Source: Lingula anatina
Lineage: Eukaryota > Animalia > Brachiopoda
DNA length: 64,000 bases
NCBI GenBank assembly: GCA_051362555.1
Contig: CM120640.1
Coordinates: 5,084,001 to 5,148,000, forward strand
Reading direction: 5' to 3'
The translations under genes and the position numbers were made by a program. The notes beneath the pieces were generated by a model. That model made no database searches, was not told the origin of the DNA, and saw nothing but the letters and a program-made list of their open reading frames with translations. This document shows, one piece after another, positions 25,901-40,500 of the stretch; positions within the stretch are counted from its first letter, which is position 1; each line of letters starts with the position of its first letter.

Positions 25901-28900
25901 TTCTGAGTTAATAGAGATGTCTGGAACTTATATATTTAGGGACACGCTCTAGAAGGAGCACACAAGGTTCTGCTGTGAAAAATGAGCTTACTTTACTCAA
26001 TGGAGATTATGATGGTGTTCGGAGAAGTGGTAGACGGCGCAAATTAGTCTGTGAAAATTTCAACGAAAGCTTGATGGCAGCTACTAGTTTTATTGCTAGT
26101 GTGGCTGAACAGAGCAGAGAAGATGAAAACAGAAAGAAAAGGAGAAGGAATGAAGTTGAGCCAGAAGTTGCCGAGGAAGAAGGGGTCAGTAAAATATTGT
26201 TTTAAACAAAAATGAATTAATCTGTGCTCAGATTAAGTCATCCATTTTCTATTCATTAAAAGTGGAAAGTTTGTTACAATTTTTTTTTTTCATTATCTGA
26301 ATTGCTGGTAGTAATGATTTTTAATGTGATTTAAAAATATCATGCTGTGTTATTTTCCAATGCAGGAATATTCTGACATCTATAGTCGAGTTAAGCGTCA
26401 GCGCAAGCAGGTAAAGCGTGATATGTATGGAATCCCTATCCATGAAGATGATGATGATGATGGGAAATCAGAGGAAGAAGAAGAGTCAAGTAGTAGTAGT
26501 GATGATGAGGAATCTGATGGTAAGCTTGCATTCATCAGCTGGCACCCATAAAAATTTTAATTGAATTCCATAATGTTTGCAAGCAAGTTCTTTTTGGAAA
26601 AATGTTTGGGACAAAATTTATTTTACTGAAAATATTAGTAATTGACAAAAATGCAAATGTAAATTTGAGGAATTGAAATGATCACCATGAACTGAACTGC
26701 ATTCTGCTTGGTAGGTCAATGTCTTGATTTAAAAAGCAGTGACAACAAGATGCTGTTGTATGACAAAATATATATTTTTTGACTGTTTAAGAGATGAGCA
26801 AATTTTGATGAACATTGTTAGAAATATTGTAAAGAATCTGTTTTCTAATCCACAGATGAGGAGGAAGGAGAAAATAATGCAAATAATGAGAAAGACACAC
26901 AAAAAGAGCAAAGAACAACACGAAGATCATATTTTCTCAGGGAACATAAACCAAGAACAATGTTCTTTGAAGCTGGAAACACAGGTTTGAGGACTTTACC
27001 CTTTTTCTACATCCTTAAATGAAATGTTATATTACACATTCATTCCTTTAACTATTTGAACAGGGTAGAAGGAATTTTAATGGCCACAACTATTTGAACA
27101 GGGTTGAAATAATTTTGATGGCCACATAAAGTTATTTCATTTTTTCCTTAAATTCACATAGATCTACTTTGAAAACTGTTTTCTTTTTGAAAGGAGTATA
27201 ATGATTATATAAAAAAACTTTTGCAGAACCTTTGAAAAGAAAAAAGAACAAGTTCAGAGATATAACCCCACCAAGGAGGAAGTTTAGGCCAAAAACCTAC
27301 AAGTCGCCAGCTCACCGCAGTCCAAGGTTCAAAAGGTAATGAAACTTTTTAGTCGCACTTAATATTATGATTTGCAATGTATTATCAGTATCATTGAAAT
27401 TTTTAAGTGATACTCCATAATGTAATTGAAGTTATTTAACAAAAAATTTAATTTGAATCATTAAATCAATGTTTTTTTTTACAGGAAAAGAGCAGCTTTT
27501 CACGACAATTCGTCTACCTCAAGCTCATCATCTTCTTCCTCTGCTGGTGACAGCAGTGACGATGAGCGAAGATTTGAGCGTCGTAAGGCTAAGAGCATGA
27601 CCAAAGCGAGACAGAGGTGCCTGCCGATGAACTTTGGCCCAGAAGATGTAGGGCAGGGGGCGATACGGGATCGTATGAAAATTGGTGCCAGTCTGGCAGA
27701 TGTTGATCCTATGAATATTGACAGATCAGTAAGTTTGTTAAATTATCAGTTATTTTCATAGTTTTAATGAACTGGGCAATGAAGATCAGTCTGGTGTTAA
27801 AGGCTTCTCTTAATATGTAAATATTCTTATGATTAGTTAAAACTTTTAAGAGTAGATATTTAAGGAGAGGTGAGAAAAATTTTTTTTTCAATCCAGAAGC
27901 TTATTTATTTGTATGAAGGCAGATGGTGGCCAGTTAAAATAATAAAACAACTTTTTATTTACTAGATCACATTTGACAGTGTGGGAGGCCTGGGCAAGCA
28001 TGTTCAAGCATTAAAAGAAATGGTGGTCTTTCCACTCCTTTATCCAGAGGTATTTGAAAGGTTCAAGATAGCACCTCCACGGGGAGTTCTGTTTTATGGA
28101 CCACCTGGTAAGAATACTGCAGTAAAAATCTTCATGATAACTGTAATGATAATAGTCATGGTTTTATTCTTTGTTTAAAAAATGCATCTCATTTTCATCT
28201 CTGTTTTAGATTACATTTAATTTAAAACATGCAAACTATGTAAAACATTTTGAAGAATAATTTATAATACTTTTGATTGTTATTAAGATCTTTCCTCAAA
28301 ACCATTTATTTTTGGATATCCTAATAAAAATATAATAGTGCATCAATGCTTGAATACTTGTAAATATTCTGAATTAAAATGTTTTCCTTCCTCAGCTTTA
28401 AAGCAGTTGTTATTTAGAAACAGCAACAAGTTTTACTCTAATCATATAAAAGCTTAAAGCACAGTGTGTATTTTATTTTAGGAACTGGAAAGACTTTAGT
28501 TGCCAGGGCCTTGGCCAATGAGTGTAGCCAAGGGGACAGAAGAGTCGCCTTCTTTATGAGAAAAGGTGCTGACTGTCTTAGCAAATGGGTGGGAGAGTCT
28601 GAACGACAGTTACGTTTGCTGTTTGACCAGGTTGGTACTTTTTTAAACTATTACTGTATTTAAAGATGTACATCACTTGTTACACCCTCTTTAAAAAAAG
28701 GAATGACTTTTCTCCAATGTTTTAATGCTTTTTTCGTCAATCATCAAGGTATGACTTATCCAAAACTGTAGTGAAAATTGTTATCTATTAATCCTATTTT
28801 CTTTAATCAATTTTCTAAATTTTTACTTTCTCTCACAATGGAGATAGCAGCTGGCAAATTGCACTCTTAAAATTATGATGATTTGAATCAGTTCTTGAAG

Positions 28901-31900
28901 GTATACGTGTTTACTTATCTTTCCAGGCCTACCAAGTTCGCCCTTCCATAATTTTCTTTGATGAAATAGATGGTTTGGCACCAGTGAGGTCAAGCAGGCA
29001 GGACCAGATCCACAGTTCTATAGTGTCCACCTTATTGGCCTTGATGGACGGACTGGACAGCAGAGGGGAGATAGTGGTCATTGGGGCTACCAACAGAATA
29101 GACAGTATTGATCCAGCCTTGAGGAGACCTGGGAGATTTGACCGGGAGTTTAATTTTCCGTTGCCTTCTTTAGAGGTAAATTTATAAGCTTTTTAAGACC
29201 TTTCTTTTCAAAGTATTTTAAGTGTCTTCACTTTTTATAAGACAAGAAAGAATATATAGATAAGATATGTGCCAATATCATAGTTAGTGCTTTTTATGTC
29301 ATGTAAGGTGCTTTAAGATGCCATCATTTACAGAAAAAATGTTTTCAGTTATTTGCACTCTTTTTAGCAATTTTACTTATAAGAATACAAGTTATGTTGA
29401 AAACTATTCACCCTAGGCAAGAACACAGATACTGAAGATTCACACAAAGGAATGGAGTCCGAAATTGGCCACACCCTTCGTGGAAGAACTTGCTGCAAAT
29501 TGTGTTGGTGAGTTACTTTAAGGATGACATTTCTTCAGTATGGGCTCTTTTTCTCTTTCTCATAATGTATGAATATATGTACTGTGAAATAAAATAAAAA
29601 TGATAATATGGCTGTTCTTTATGATTTTGCCCCTTTGCCTTACCGATATAAGCACTAGTTAAAACTTCTTAAGACCAAAATATCAAAGTTCTTCCTATTT
29701 GATCCTTTCGTTTTACATGCAGTTATCCTCAATAATTCAATATTAACAGTTGACACCATACTTAACCTTCCAGGTTACTGTGGAGCAGATTTGAAGGCAC
29801 TTTGCACAGAGGCTGCTCTGTTTGCTCTCCGCAGACGATACCCTCAGATCTACACCTCTAAGGAGAAACTTCAGCTGGACATCGCCTCCATCATGATCAC
29901 TGCCAAAGATTTCCACCAAGCTATGCAACGAATTGTCCCAGCTGCACAGAGAGCCGTCACTTCCCCAGGGCGTGCCCTCAGCCTCACTGTCAGACCACTC
30001 CTGCAGAAACTGTTTGATCAGGCACTGGAGGCACTGGGGTTTATGTTTCCCACAGATCTGGCCAAAATGAACAGTTTGGAAGATCAGGGTGAGTTTTATA
30101 AACTATAAATTAGAAGTAAATAAAATCTTGATGGAAGTATTGAGATATACTCTCATTTAAAAGATAGGTTGTGAGAAGAATGAAAAAGGAATCTGAAATT
30201 CACAGAGATGAGTTACACAGATTGATTTTGATGTGTTGGAGGTTTTGAATTTCTAAAAAAAAGTATGATCTTAAGAAAAGTACATCATATTAAATTATTA
30301 TCAAAAAATCTCAAAATAATTCAAAGTTATGACCTGCTAACAATTTTATGAACTTAACTATGCAACTGAATTGATACATTGTTGTTTTTTGAACCAGCCA
30401 CAACATCATCTGATGTACCGTCCAGTGAGAGTAATGACATGGTGAGTGATGAAGATGAAGATGACATGTGTATATATGAGTCCACAAAGCAGGGAAGATG
30501 GAGGAAAAAGAGCCCAGCAATAACAAGCCCACAAGGACCTTTCCTAAATTTTGCAAGGTGTGTTAATTTAAGTGAAATGGAAATGAGGAATTTTTTTGTA
30601 TTTACATAATTTTGTAACTTTTGCTGCAATGGTAAAATAAATATTGCCATTTGATAAAATTTTAAGATCCAAACTTAAACATTTGAAGCTGTTCATTTTG
30701 TAAGAGAGCATATAAAAAAAGAAAATATCTTTGTTGAATCCCAAAATGATTGATCACTTACAAAGCCGAGAACAGCAACTCACCAATTTGACTGCTTCAC
30801 GATTTATTTTTATTCGAACATTTATCAAAATGTACACCATGTTGTCTTTAGCGCTGCCTACCAGAGGCCCTCTACACACAGACCCAGACTTCTGCTGGCT
30901 GGAGGTGAAGGTCAAGGTCAGAGTTCCCATCTAGCTCCAGCAATATTACACCACTTTGAGAGAATGCCAGTCCACGTGTTAGACCTACCGTCTCTGTTTG
31001 CAGTCAGTGCTAAGACTCCTGAAGAATCTTGTGCTCAGGTGACTGCCTGCTTTTCTTTAGAATATTTGAATCATTGATTGTACTGTTATGAATCTGTGAA
31101 TTTTAGTGACTGTTTGATGTTTGCTTCTTGTTTTTTGATCATAATACTTATTAAAATTCAGTGATATAAATTACATGTGATGATTTTAATAGTTCCTTAG
31201 TTGCATTATTTATGCACTTGCATTTCCCATTTAATCCAGTTTCAAATGTTGCTCATGTTCCTGTTAAACTTTTATTTCTCAGGTCTTCCTGGAGGCGCGT
31301 CGCACCAGCCCCAGCATAATCTACGTTCCTCACATCAACCAGTGGTGGGAGGTGATGCATGAAACCCTCAGGGCAACCTTCATCACCATGTTAAATGATC
31401 TCGTACCCATGGCACCCATCCTACTGCTGGCCACCAGTGACTTAAAATACACAGAGCTTCCAGTGCAGGTAGACTCAGGGGTTAAGATTTGCATATACAC
31501 ATATGCATGCACACACACACACACGAATATTATGATGAATGTATACACGTACAAATGTATACGCACATGTAATAGGCAGGGTTCCGAAATCCTGTGAAGG
31601 CTTATGATTTGTGTTTGCTTAGATCCCATTCCCATAGATTTAAGATCGATCTATCCCTGTGGGGAGTCTCACTAGATTGCTGTCAGCTTAGCCGGCTTAA
31701 ATGTCTGTCCCGCCTACTAAAAGCTGAAAGGGGGTAATTAACTATGGTGCGCGCTCGTCTGACTGCAATTTAGCGTGAACCCCCAGGGAGGTAGGTCGAT
31801 CTAAATCTTAATCTCTGGATCGATCTAAATCTCTGGGAATACACCCTTAGATTGACATTCAGTTCATATTTGTGCCATGCCTCTTGTGTTACATTCTGTT

Positions 31901-34900
31901 GTTTAATTCCAGGTCCAGTTTCTCTTCTCTGCAAATTCCAGACAAGTTGTTCAGATGTCAAATCCTGGTGAAACTGAAAGAAGGGAATTCTTTGAGGATT
32001 TATTTCTCAACCAGGCTTGTAAACCACCAACAAGAAAGGTTCAAGCAGGTCAGAATCTATTTTTGAAAAACTGAAATGGAAACATATTTGACAGATTAAC
32101 CCTTCATGTACCTAAATAAATAATACATCATTTTATATCAATAGCAATATATTTTGTGAAGAGTCAAAAGCAGTAAGTTTTGAATATTATTTTTATTACA
32201 GAATTGTACCATGTATTGCTTTACAGCATATTTTGTATAGAAGTAGATAAATGGAGTATCATGGCTTCTTTCAGCTCTGAGAGCTTTAGAAGTGTTACCC
32301 AAGGCCCCTCCCCCTGAGCCCAGAAAGCTGACAGAGAGAGAGTTGAAGAAATTATATGACCAGGAGGAGAGCACCATGAGAGAGCTCAGGTTGTTCCTCA
32401 GAGATGTCCTCAACAAATTGTCAAGGGACAGGAAATTCCAGATTTTTGCCAAACCAGTTGATGAGGAAGAAGTAAGTTAAATTTTACTTGGATCTCTTTG
32501 AAATGGAAAATGTTCACCTTAAACATGTAGGTTGTTTATTAGAAATAATGTTCAAGAACTGGAATATGTACAGTTTTCTTATGCTCCTATTTATTGTTAA
32601 TTTAAAATGGTGAGGTCTTGATCAGTTATGTTTAACGTATTCAATACCTGTCAGTGGAAAATATCTAATGATGCTTTCATTTCTTCTCTTCACAGGTTCC
32701 AGATTATTACACCATCATCAAGACTCCCATGGACCTGTCTATGATGATGCGTAAGATTGATCTTCATCATTACCAAACAGTTCAGGAATTCCTGGATGAC
32801 TTTGATCTCATCTGTAGGAATGCCTTGGAGTATAACCCAGAGACTGACCCTGCTGGTAAGTGTGTGTTGTAACGCTGGCATTGATAGGACTAGCCATTAC
32901 AGCCTTTGTTGTAATATATACTTTGATTCTGTGGATATCCCTGGTAAAAGTTTGTTGTGGCATTGATAAGACTCTCCGTAGCACCCTGTGTTGTTAAACT
33001 ATCAATAAGACTATCCCTGTTGGAAATGTGTGTTGTAATCCTGGGATTGATAAAACTGTTGCATTTGTTAAGTTCAGAGGGAATGTACGTAGGTACAGTG
33101 ATATATTTAAGTATGACAAATTTTAACAACCTTTTATTATTTACTATTTTGACAAATAAATTAATTAAAACGGCTGCTTCACATTTACTTGATAGTGGTT
33201 TACTTTCCAGGCAGAGCCATTCGTCACAGAGGTTGTGCACTGAGAGATACAGCACACGCTATAGTAGACACAGAACTGGACCAGGAGTTTGAACAGCAGT
33301 GTCAGGAGATAAAGGCATCTAGGGAAAGAAGAGGTAAGTTTCTTATTGCCTTTGCACCATTTTCTTTTCTTTTCAAAACTGAGGCATTTGGTTACGTATT
33401 TTATATTCTGTGACCTTGTATTATGGAACATGTGTTCAAAGTTGTGATTTTTTTTAGGTTAAAGTCATCAGTTATAAATGCTGATAGGTTACTATAATGT
33501 AATAGATAAAGAATTCTTATAAGAGGGAAATGTATTTCTTTAGTTTCAATGTTAAAATTGTGTTAATATCCTTTCAGGAGAGATGGCCAACAGAAATGCT
33601 CCCAGTTACTACCACACCCGCGTCAATCCTCCCCAGGGCGTGGGCATCCCCCCAGACTATCCCACACGCTACAGCCGCAGGGTCAGAGGCATGGACGCGG
33701 GGCACCTGTCTGATGTAGAATTAAACAGTAACCCAGTATCTCAGGAAGGAGTAGGGGAGGATGGCAAGGCTAGGGCAGGAAAGGGTGATGATACTACCTC
33801 AGAGCCACTGGGCAGTGTGGTACCTTTCCAATCCACACCATCAGGTGATAGCAATACAACAACTCCTGTTGAACCAACCAGCAACATTACCTCTACCTCA
33901 AAGGATGACTCTAAAGTAACACCCCATGCAAATGCATTGTCAGCAACCCCAGTCAGCTCCAAACGTATTTCATCCTCAGGATCCTACAAGAAGAACAAGA
34001 GTATCTGGTGCAGGCCAAGTAGACGGAAGCACCGTTATCATCACATGAGGAGGAAGATACAGGACTCCGCTGAGGACGTTGAGGAAGACCTGGAGGATAT
34101 TAAGGAGGATACTCAAGAGCAGGAGATGGAACAAAGTAGGAGCAGTCCAGAGACCACACCCGAGGGACCAAAGGCCGAGGGAGATAATAACTCAGATGTT
34201 GATATGACTGAAGCCACAGAGGTCCGCAGGCAAAGTTCTAGGCTTCATGCTAAAGATGATGTTGTGAAAGAGTCGACGGATGTCCTTCCACCAGAGGTGG
34301 AAGTGTCCAAGACACCAGCAATAGAGCTGTTAAGCTGTAATGACAGTGGGTTTGGGAGTGCAGAGAGCAGGGACAGCACAGAGGGACCACTGGTGAGTTC
34401 TCAGTTAGACTTTCTTGGTACCTAACCTAAAGTTATCTAGAAAAAATTCCGATATGATTATGTGATTATACAGACATGTTTTTAAGCAGAAAAGATTCAA
34501 CACCATAGATCTCTTGTATGATATATTCTTAATTGCACCATGAATGAAGTAGACTTCTGAGAAGTATGGTCCTCTCTATCTCTTTTTAGAAGCCAGAAAA
34601 CCACACAACTACAGAAGCCAAATCAGACACGTGTGAAGAGATGAATGTTGATGACAAACAAGGTAAAAATTATGCTGTTATCACAGTCGGATTTATATTC
34701 CTGACATACTACTTGGGATAATTTTTTTTTCTTTTCAAGTAATTTTGTTGAATCATATAATGATAGTCACACACAAGAAACCAACAATTACATAAAATGT
34801 TCTACCAAGTTTTCCTGTGGTCAAAAAACATCTTTGTAACAAATTTTCTTATCTATGAATTTCATCAGAAACCTTGCCGTCCCTGCGGGTCACGCGGTCC

Positions 34901-35623
34901 CAACTGAAACAGAACCAGGCGGCAGTGGACATATTGGAGCACCCAGTGCCTCCACTAATAGTGGACAAGGACAGGCTTAGGTTCTTACTGGAGTTGACTG
35001 TCCAACTGACCCAGGGTCAGTGTGTGGAGAGTCTGGAGAGGCTGCACAGTATGCTGAGCCAGCTCATCTATAACCACAGGAAAGACTATGACAAGACCAC
35101 GCTAACTGAGGTAAGATATGGTCAGTGTGTAAGATTATATATTTTATACATAGTTTGCTGAGCCAGTAACCACAGGAAAGACCATGCTAACTGAGGTGAG
35201 ATATGATCAGTGTGTAAAGGAAATAAGGCATAGGCAGTGTGTAAGGATACATGTAAGGATCAGGATTTCCATCATTGCTAATGTTTAAAGAACCTGTCAT
35301 AATTTTTTAGCACAGAACATGACTTATGAAATCATTTGCTGTATGGCACACTACATTTATATTTAGTGTTAATCTGCTAAGACTCCACCAAGATTATTAG
35401 ACCCAGTGCTGACAATTATCAGCAGTTCTTTGCCAATCAACATACAGTATTTGTTCATATCCAGTCCTTGCCACTAGGCCACCGTTTTTCATTGGTCTGT
35501 GGAGACATGGAGGAGGTTGCCACAGTATGACCAGTTCTTGGTAAATGCTCAGTATTTAAAATAATTTTAAAAATTTAAAATTTATTTCAGAGAATGGAAA
35601 CCATAGTCAAGTCAGCAGCATAA
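22920..35623 (+). CDS. ATAD2: ATAD2/ATAD2B AAA+ ATPase with bromodomain, ~24 exons
   Basis: MVKTR start, acidic N-terminus, [12 protein letters not shown], Walker A GPPGTGKT (split at 28107/28481), [24 protein letters not shown], Walker [23 protein letters not shown], degenerate second AAA domain, bromodomain ([13 protein letters not shown]...NALEYNP). Last exon 35591-35623 [10 protein letters not shown]. Confidence 0.96.
24384..24557. mobile_element. MITE in ATAD2 intron 1
   Basis: Perfect 17-bp TIR CTGGGGTAGCGCTAGCA / TGCTAGCGCTACCCCAG, flanked by ACAGT on both sides. This reads as either a 5-bp TSD or a CAG TSD with one extra TIR base. Confidence 0.8.
31622..31846 (-). mobile_element. MITE family A copy 5, in an ATAD2 intron
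   Basis: TTA|GATCCCATTCCCATAGATT ... AAATCTCTGGGAATACACCC|TTA. The interior is the reverse complement of copies 1-3. Confidence 0.85.
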
Positions 35624-37477
35624 CCCAGGGATCAACCAGAGGTCCAGATCACTTGATCTCAATAACCCAAGGCAAATAAATAAATAACTGAAACTTCAGG
35701 TATCAGGCTCCGCAGTATTATTAAATGTGATTGTCAGCTCAAACCTGATCTCCAGTAGAATTATTGGGCTCCCATTTTGTGAATTGTTTTTTGACAGATG
35801 TTTTACAGTTTTGTAAAATTTCTCGTCTTTGAATTTTTTGTATACACAGACACTAGAGACATTTGAGATGTCAGTTCTTTTAAAAAATGGCTAGAGAAGG
35901 AGAACAACAATTGCCCTTAGAGATTCAAAGGATATGTATAGATCAACTCAGGACCCTCATACAAGGGGAAATGTCAATTCAGATAACACCAGTGTGTTCA
36001 ATATTACAGAATTCCAAAGGTTTTCATTAAAATGTAGGGGAAGTGTGTTGTTAATTTTTGTACTAAAAACTGATATATATGTGCACCCGATTTTTGTTTA
36101 TTAGATTGGTGTAATGCCAACTTTTGTATTATGAAAATTTGATATACTTATCCAAATACTTCTGTTTTATTTCGACTTGGGGTTTGTTTGTGGTATGTTT
36201 TGTAAATGTGGACTTTAAATTTTTGTTTAGAATTAGATTCAAATAAGTTTTTGTTTAGAATTAGATCAATACAAATTTCTTGTATGTGTGGCAATATTCA
36301 CCTTTAGCTCACTATGAGAAATGATAGATTTAATGTATATAAGATTTTTTTCTATGAATTGTTTTAAGTTATTGCCACATTTTTGCTCAATGAAGTTTGT
36401 GGCACTTTGTAACATAGATAGCACTTTCTATTTATTCTAATATATAACGACAAATTTATGGATTTATGTAAATATATCATTATTTTATTCAACTAATGTT
36501 AGTTTACATGAAAGATTTGATACATAACTTTATTCTGAATATGATGAACATGGGGGTGGATTTTGCACCATAAGTTTTGAGACTTTTTATTTATTTATTT
36601 ATTGGTTTCTTTCTTTTTTTCTGTACGTCACTCTTAGCTGCTAGTACAAGCCCCTGAAGTGGTGAGCTGTAGAGATACAAAACTCAGGTTGAATCGACTA
36701 AATACACGTTTAAGTTATTAATATTTTGTATTGATGTGGTTGAAAAGATTACTCTCGTCTCCTTTTCTGTCATTTTTGAATTCGGGAAGCTGTGTAGACA
36801 CGTTCTGGAGTCATTGAGCCATGCTGCGGCTCTTAACTTATACATTGCGTATGTGTCATCTTCTTATTGTAAATAAAGTGTTGAATTATTTTATCTTTAA
36901 TTACTTAAAGAAATCGAGATTTTTTTAAAGCATCTTGAAAAAGACGAGGTTTTAAGGAGAAGAAAAAGTTGGGTTGAATGTGTTTGCCTGGATACAACAC
37001 GCTACTATAATACAATATAAGTCCATCTTTATATGATGATGTGAGAGGCGTCACTTGTTGGGGCGTCTCTCTGGCTTCTTCTCACATTTACTCTACCTGT
37101 CTTTAATATTTTGCCCTGGTCAACCATAGATTGAAAAAAAAAACCCTTCAATTTATGGGTACCAAAGGGGTCACTGTCGCGAGTTTTTCTTTTTGATCTC
37201 ATGACTATGCCTATAAATGTCTCTGGCGATGGGGCTTCCTTCGTCCCCTTACTGTCAGTTTTAATACGTTTTACCCGTAAACAACATTCCAGCCTCGTGA
37301 TTAACTGCGTCCATCTCTTCAGAGTCTGCCTAGACATTCTGCGCACGGTTAAAAAAACTGAAATGCAGAAACGAACAGAAAAAAAACATTAACGTCTGCC
37401 CAAGCGTGGCATGACCAGTGGCATTAATAGTCACCATCATTTCAAACCGTGTGTAGGCGGTTTATTAGATCATATAC

Positions 37478-37487
37478 TATATAAAAG
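37478..37487 (+). promoter_or_regulatory. TATA box of the CUB gene
   Basis: TATATAAAAG ~60 bp upstream of the signal-peptide ATG. Confidence 0.55.
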
Positions 37488-37542
37488 CTATTTAAAGAAG
37501 AACCATCGCTGGACAAGTATTCCACGCCTGCAGCTGTTGAAG

Positions 37543-40500
37543 ATGTACCAACTACTGATCTTGGCCACGGTTGCACTCTGTACTTCAGGTATGTTCTTAA
37601 TCTTTGTTTAATGTTGAGGTTGCGCTTCCCTCTAAACTAAAGGATAGGCCGATACAATATTTTAACAGACTGCTAGCGAAATTTTCGGTCAGAGATGTTG
37701 GGTTGCGCAACCTAGCGGCACAGATCGGCATTTTAAGGCGCTGTCATAACTATTATTATTATTATTATTATTATTTGAGAAGCAGTGGGATTAACCACTA
37801 ACATAAAAGAACTCTTACCTGGCATGCGCATTCTGAGAACGAAAAAAAAAGAAAATCCCTGTAAAACTGAGTTGCACATTATTTACTTATCTGAAGTCCA
37901 CAACATTATATCATTAACCACGCAGCCAGTAGGAAGTTTTCATCAAGCCATTTCACTGCGAAGTTCGTTGGCTTCATGAAATCGTCATTGAATATTACGT
38001 TTCTTATATCTAAAAAAAGTTCTTTAATTTCTCGCTATTTAGTACAATACTATAACTTAAGTTTTGTCGTGCGCACGCATCACATACATAAATGCAATCG
38101 TTGAAAAAAAAAAAAAACCCAGTGGCTATAATCCTTCGAACACCAACAACTTCAACAAGCAATGTCGCGCAATTCGTAGGTACATAGATTTTTTTGTATG
38201 TGAAATATACAACGGTCTTGGAATGTCCAATGTAGTTTTCTTTGTTTGTTGCCAAAGAAAAGTTTATCTCTTCAATCCTCCATCATCTTTCAAACAATTT
38301 GTACGTGTGTATGAAATACGTGTAACGTAAATAGAATTTTGTCCACGATCAAAATGTCTATTTTTACTTTTTTGATATGAATAAAAAGTGTCCTTATGAC
38401 TCTAAAGTGTGGTAGCTACTATTACTAAAGTTGATGACGCCAGAAAATATGTTAGAAAGAGTGTCAAAGACGAATTGACCCACGTGCCAATATTTCAGTA
38501 TTTCAGTATTTGAAATTATTCAGATTTCTCTTTTGAGATTTCATTTTTGTCTGACAAAGAGGGGAAAGCACTAAGACATGGCGACTGCAGTTAAATGCTG
38601 CGCTAACCATTTTATTGGCCCATATTAGCCAATGCAAACATGATGGTATGAGGTCTTTCAATTGCTACTTTTAGAAATATCTGATAATATCCCATCATCT
38701 CTTGGAATGATATTTTTCATGGACACATTTTGCTATTTTTGCCTTCTTGTACATTTTTTTGTACTTTATAATTAAATAAATTCTTTTATAATTCCAAAAG
38801 TTCCAAAAATATTCGTATAAATATTTTTAATTCATGGTTTATTTTCGCCCACCTCCAGCTCTTTTTTTTATTTTTTATTTTACCGCTTGTTCAACACGTG
38901 CTGCCACCTATGTCGTTTATCATGCAGTGCCTGGTGTTGGTGGTCATTCACATTGATATGACCTGGCCATTGCGTGAGATAAACATATGTGTTTTCTTTT
39001 ACATGTAACTCTCAGCGCACCTTGTTCTTAAATGTCGTTTATTATTACTCTTTACATCGTTCAAACTTTTTAGGCTTCATTTAACTGAATGACGTGACAT
39101 TCTCTGAATATATAATGAAAACGTAATGAACATCTGGAAGTTACACTGTAGCAGATGCAATGTGGTCTAGAAGTGGAAATCTTGGAGTAACATATCGATC
39201 TTTGGACGTTTTGGTAATTGATTGTGGCCATGACGCCGCAAAAGTAAGACTGAATTCATTTTAAAAAGTTGTGTTGGACTATTTAACACCAAATCACACA
39301 CATTCGTCAATGATCTGATCAGTATAACTATCAGCAGACAAAATTTAAAATTCTAAAAATATATCACTGACGGAAATTTTCAGATGAAAAAATTCCTTTA
39401 ATTTACAGGCGGTAAAGTGCACATCAACGATGAAGCATGCGGAATTGGCAGACCCGCCGTTATTGAGAAGAATTCGGGTATGATTACATTTCCAAAATAC
39501 AAGAGCAATCAAGACTGTGCGTGGAGGATAGTCGTTCCAGCAGGAAAGGTAGATATTAGGCCACAAACTGCAGCCTTGGATCGCACTGTTTATTATTATT
39601 TCTTCCTTTTATGCGCTGAAACTGCCAGGAAACGGGTTCAATATTGTCTAAGAGTTACTTGCTAAGACATAATACAACTTTTAATTTTAACTTAGATTGG
39701 GTATAAGGATGTCTTCGAATGGGAGTCAAGCCCATTGTCTCGCGTCTTAGGCTTCGTTCACATGAAAAATCTATTTTCTAAAAATCCATTTTCTATTCGT
39801 GGTATCTTGTGATCACGGTCCGTGCCCTGAATACCCCGCGGCGTAATTACTGGCAGCGCGAGCCAGTTACTTCCAAAGCTGTAATTAATTCTCGGCTGCG
39901 CTCGGAGTGATCACAAGATCCCGCGAATAGAAAATAGATTTTTAGAAAATAGAATTTTCATGTGAACGGAGTCTTAGCATAAAATATCGCGGAAGTTGGA
40001 GAGAGTAAGTTGGGAAATAATGGCATAATAACGAGTGCGGGGCTGCAACGAAAAAAACCTGACAGAATTTATCAATGGGTATTTTTCTGATTGCTTTTTC
40101 TTAACCATACGAATTTATTGTTTTGCATGTCACATTTGTATTCCTTTTTAAGACAACATTCCAGGCGCATAGAGTTTCATCCTTATCGCTGAAAAGTTAA
40201 GCTCACCAGATGCGGATTCTCGCACGTTTTCTAGTCTCGTAGGACGCGACGCAGTGCAGCCATCTTCATTCTTGTCTATCTCGGATAATTTCCATTGAAA
40301 AAAAATATTATTTTAATTTGCAGGTGGTACTGTTGACATTCGACAAGCTGTCCATTGAGGTACCTCGTGGCCAGAGTACCTGTGGTTATGACAGTCTGAA
40401 CATCTATGATGGCGACAGTGCTACTGCCAAGAGATTGCAAACCATGTGCGGTTATTCTTCAGCCAGCTACCTGTCCAAGTTTAATATTACAAGTAGTGGA

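Noticed and set aside
30852-31468. Degenerate Walker motifs in the second ATAD2 AAA domain
   Set aside because: Normal for the ATAD2/Yta7 family; not pseudogenisation.
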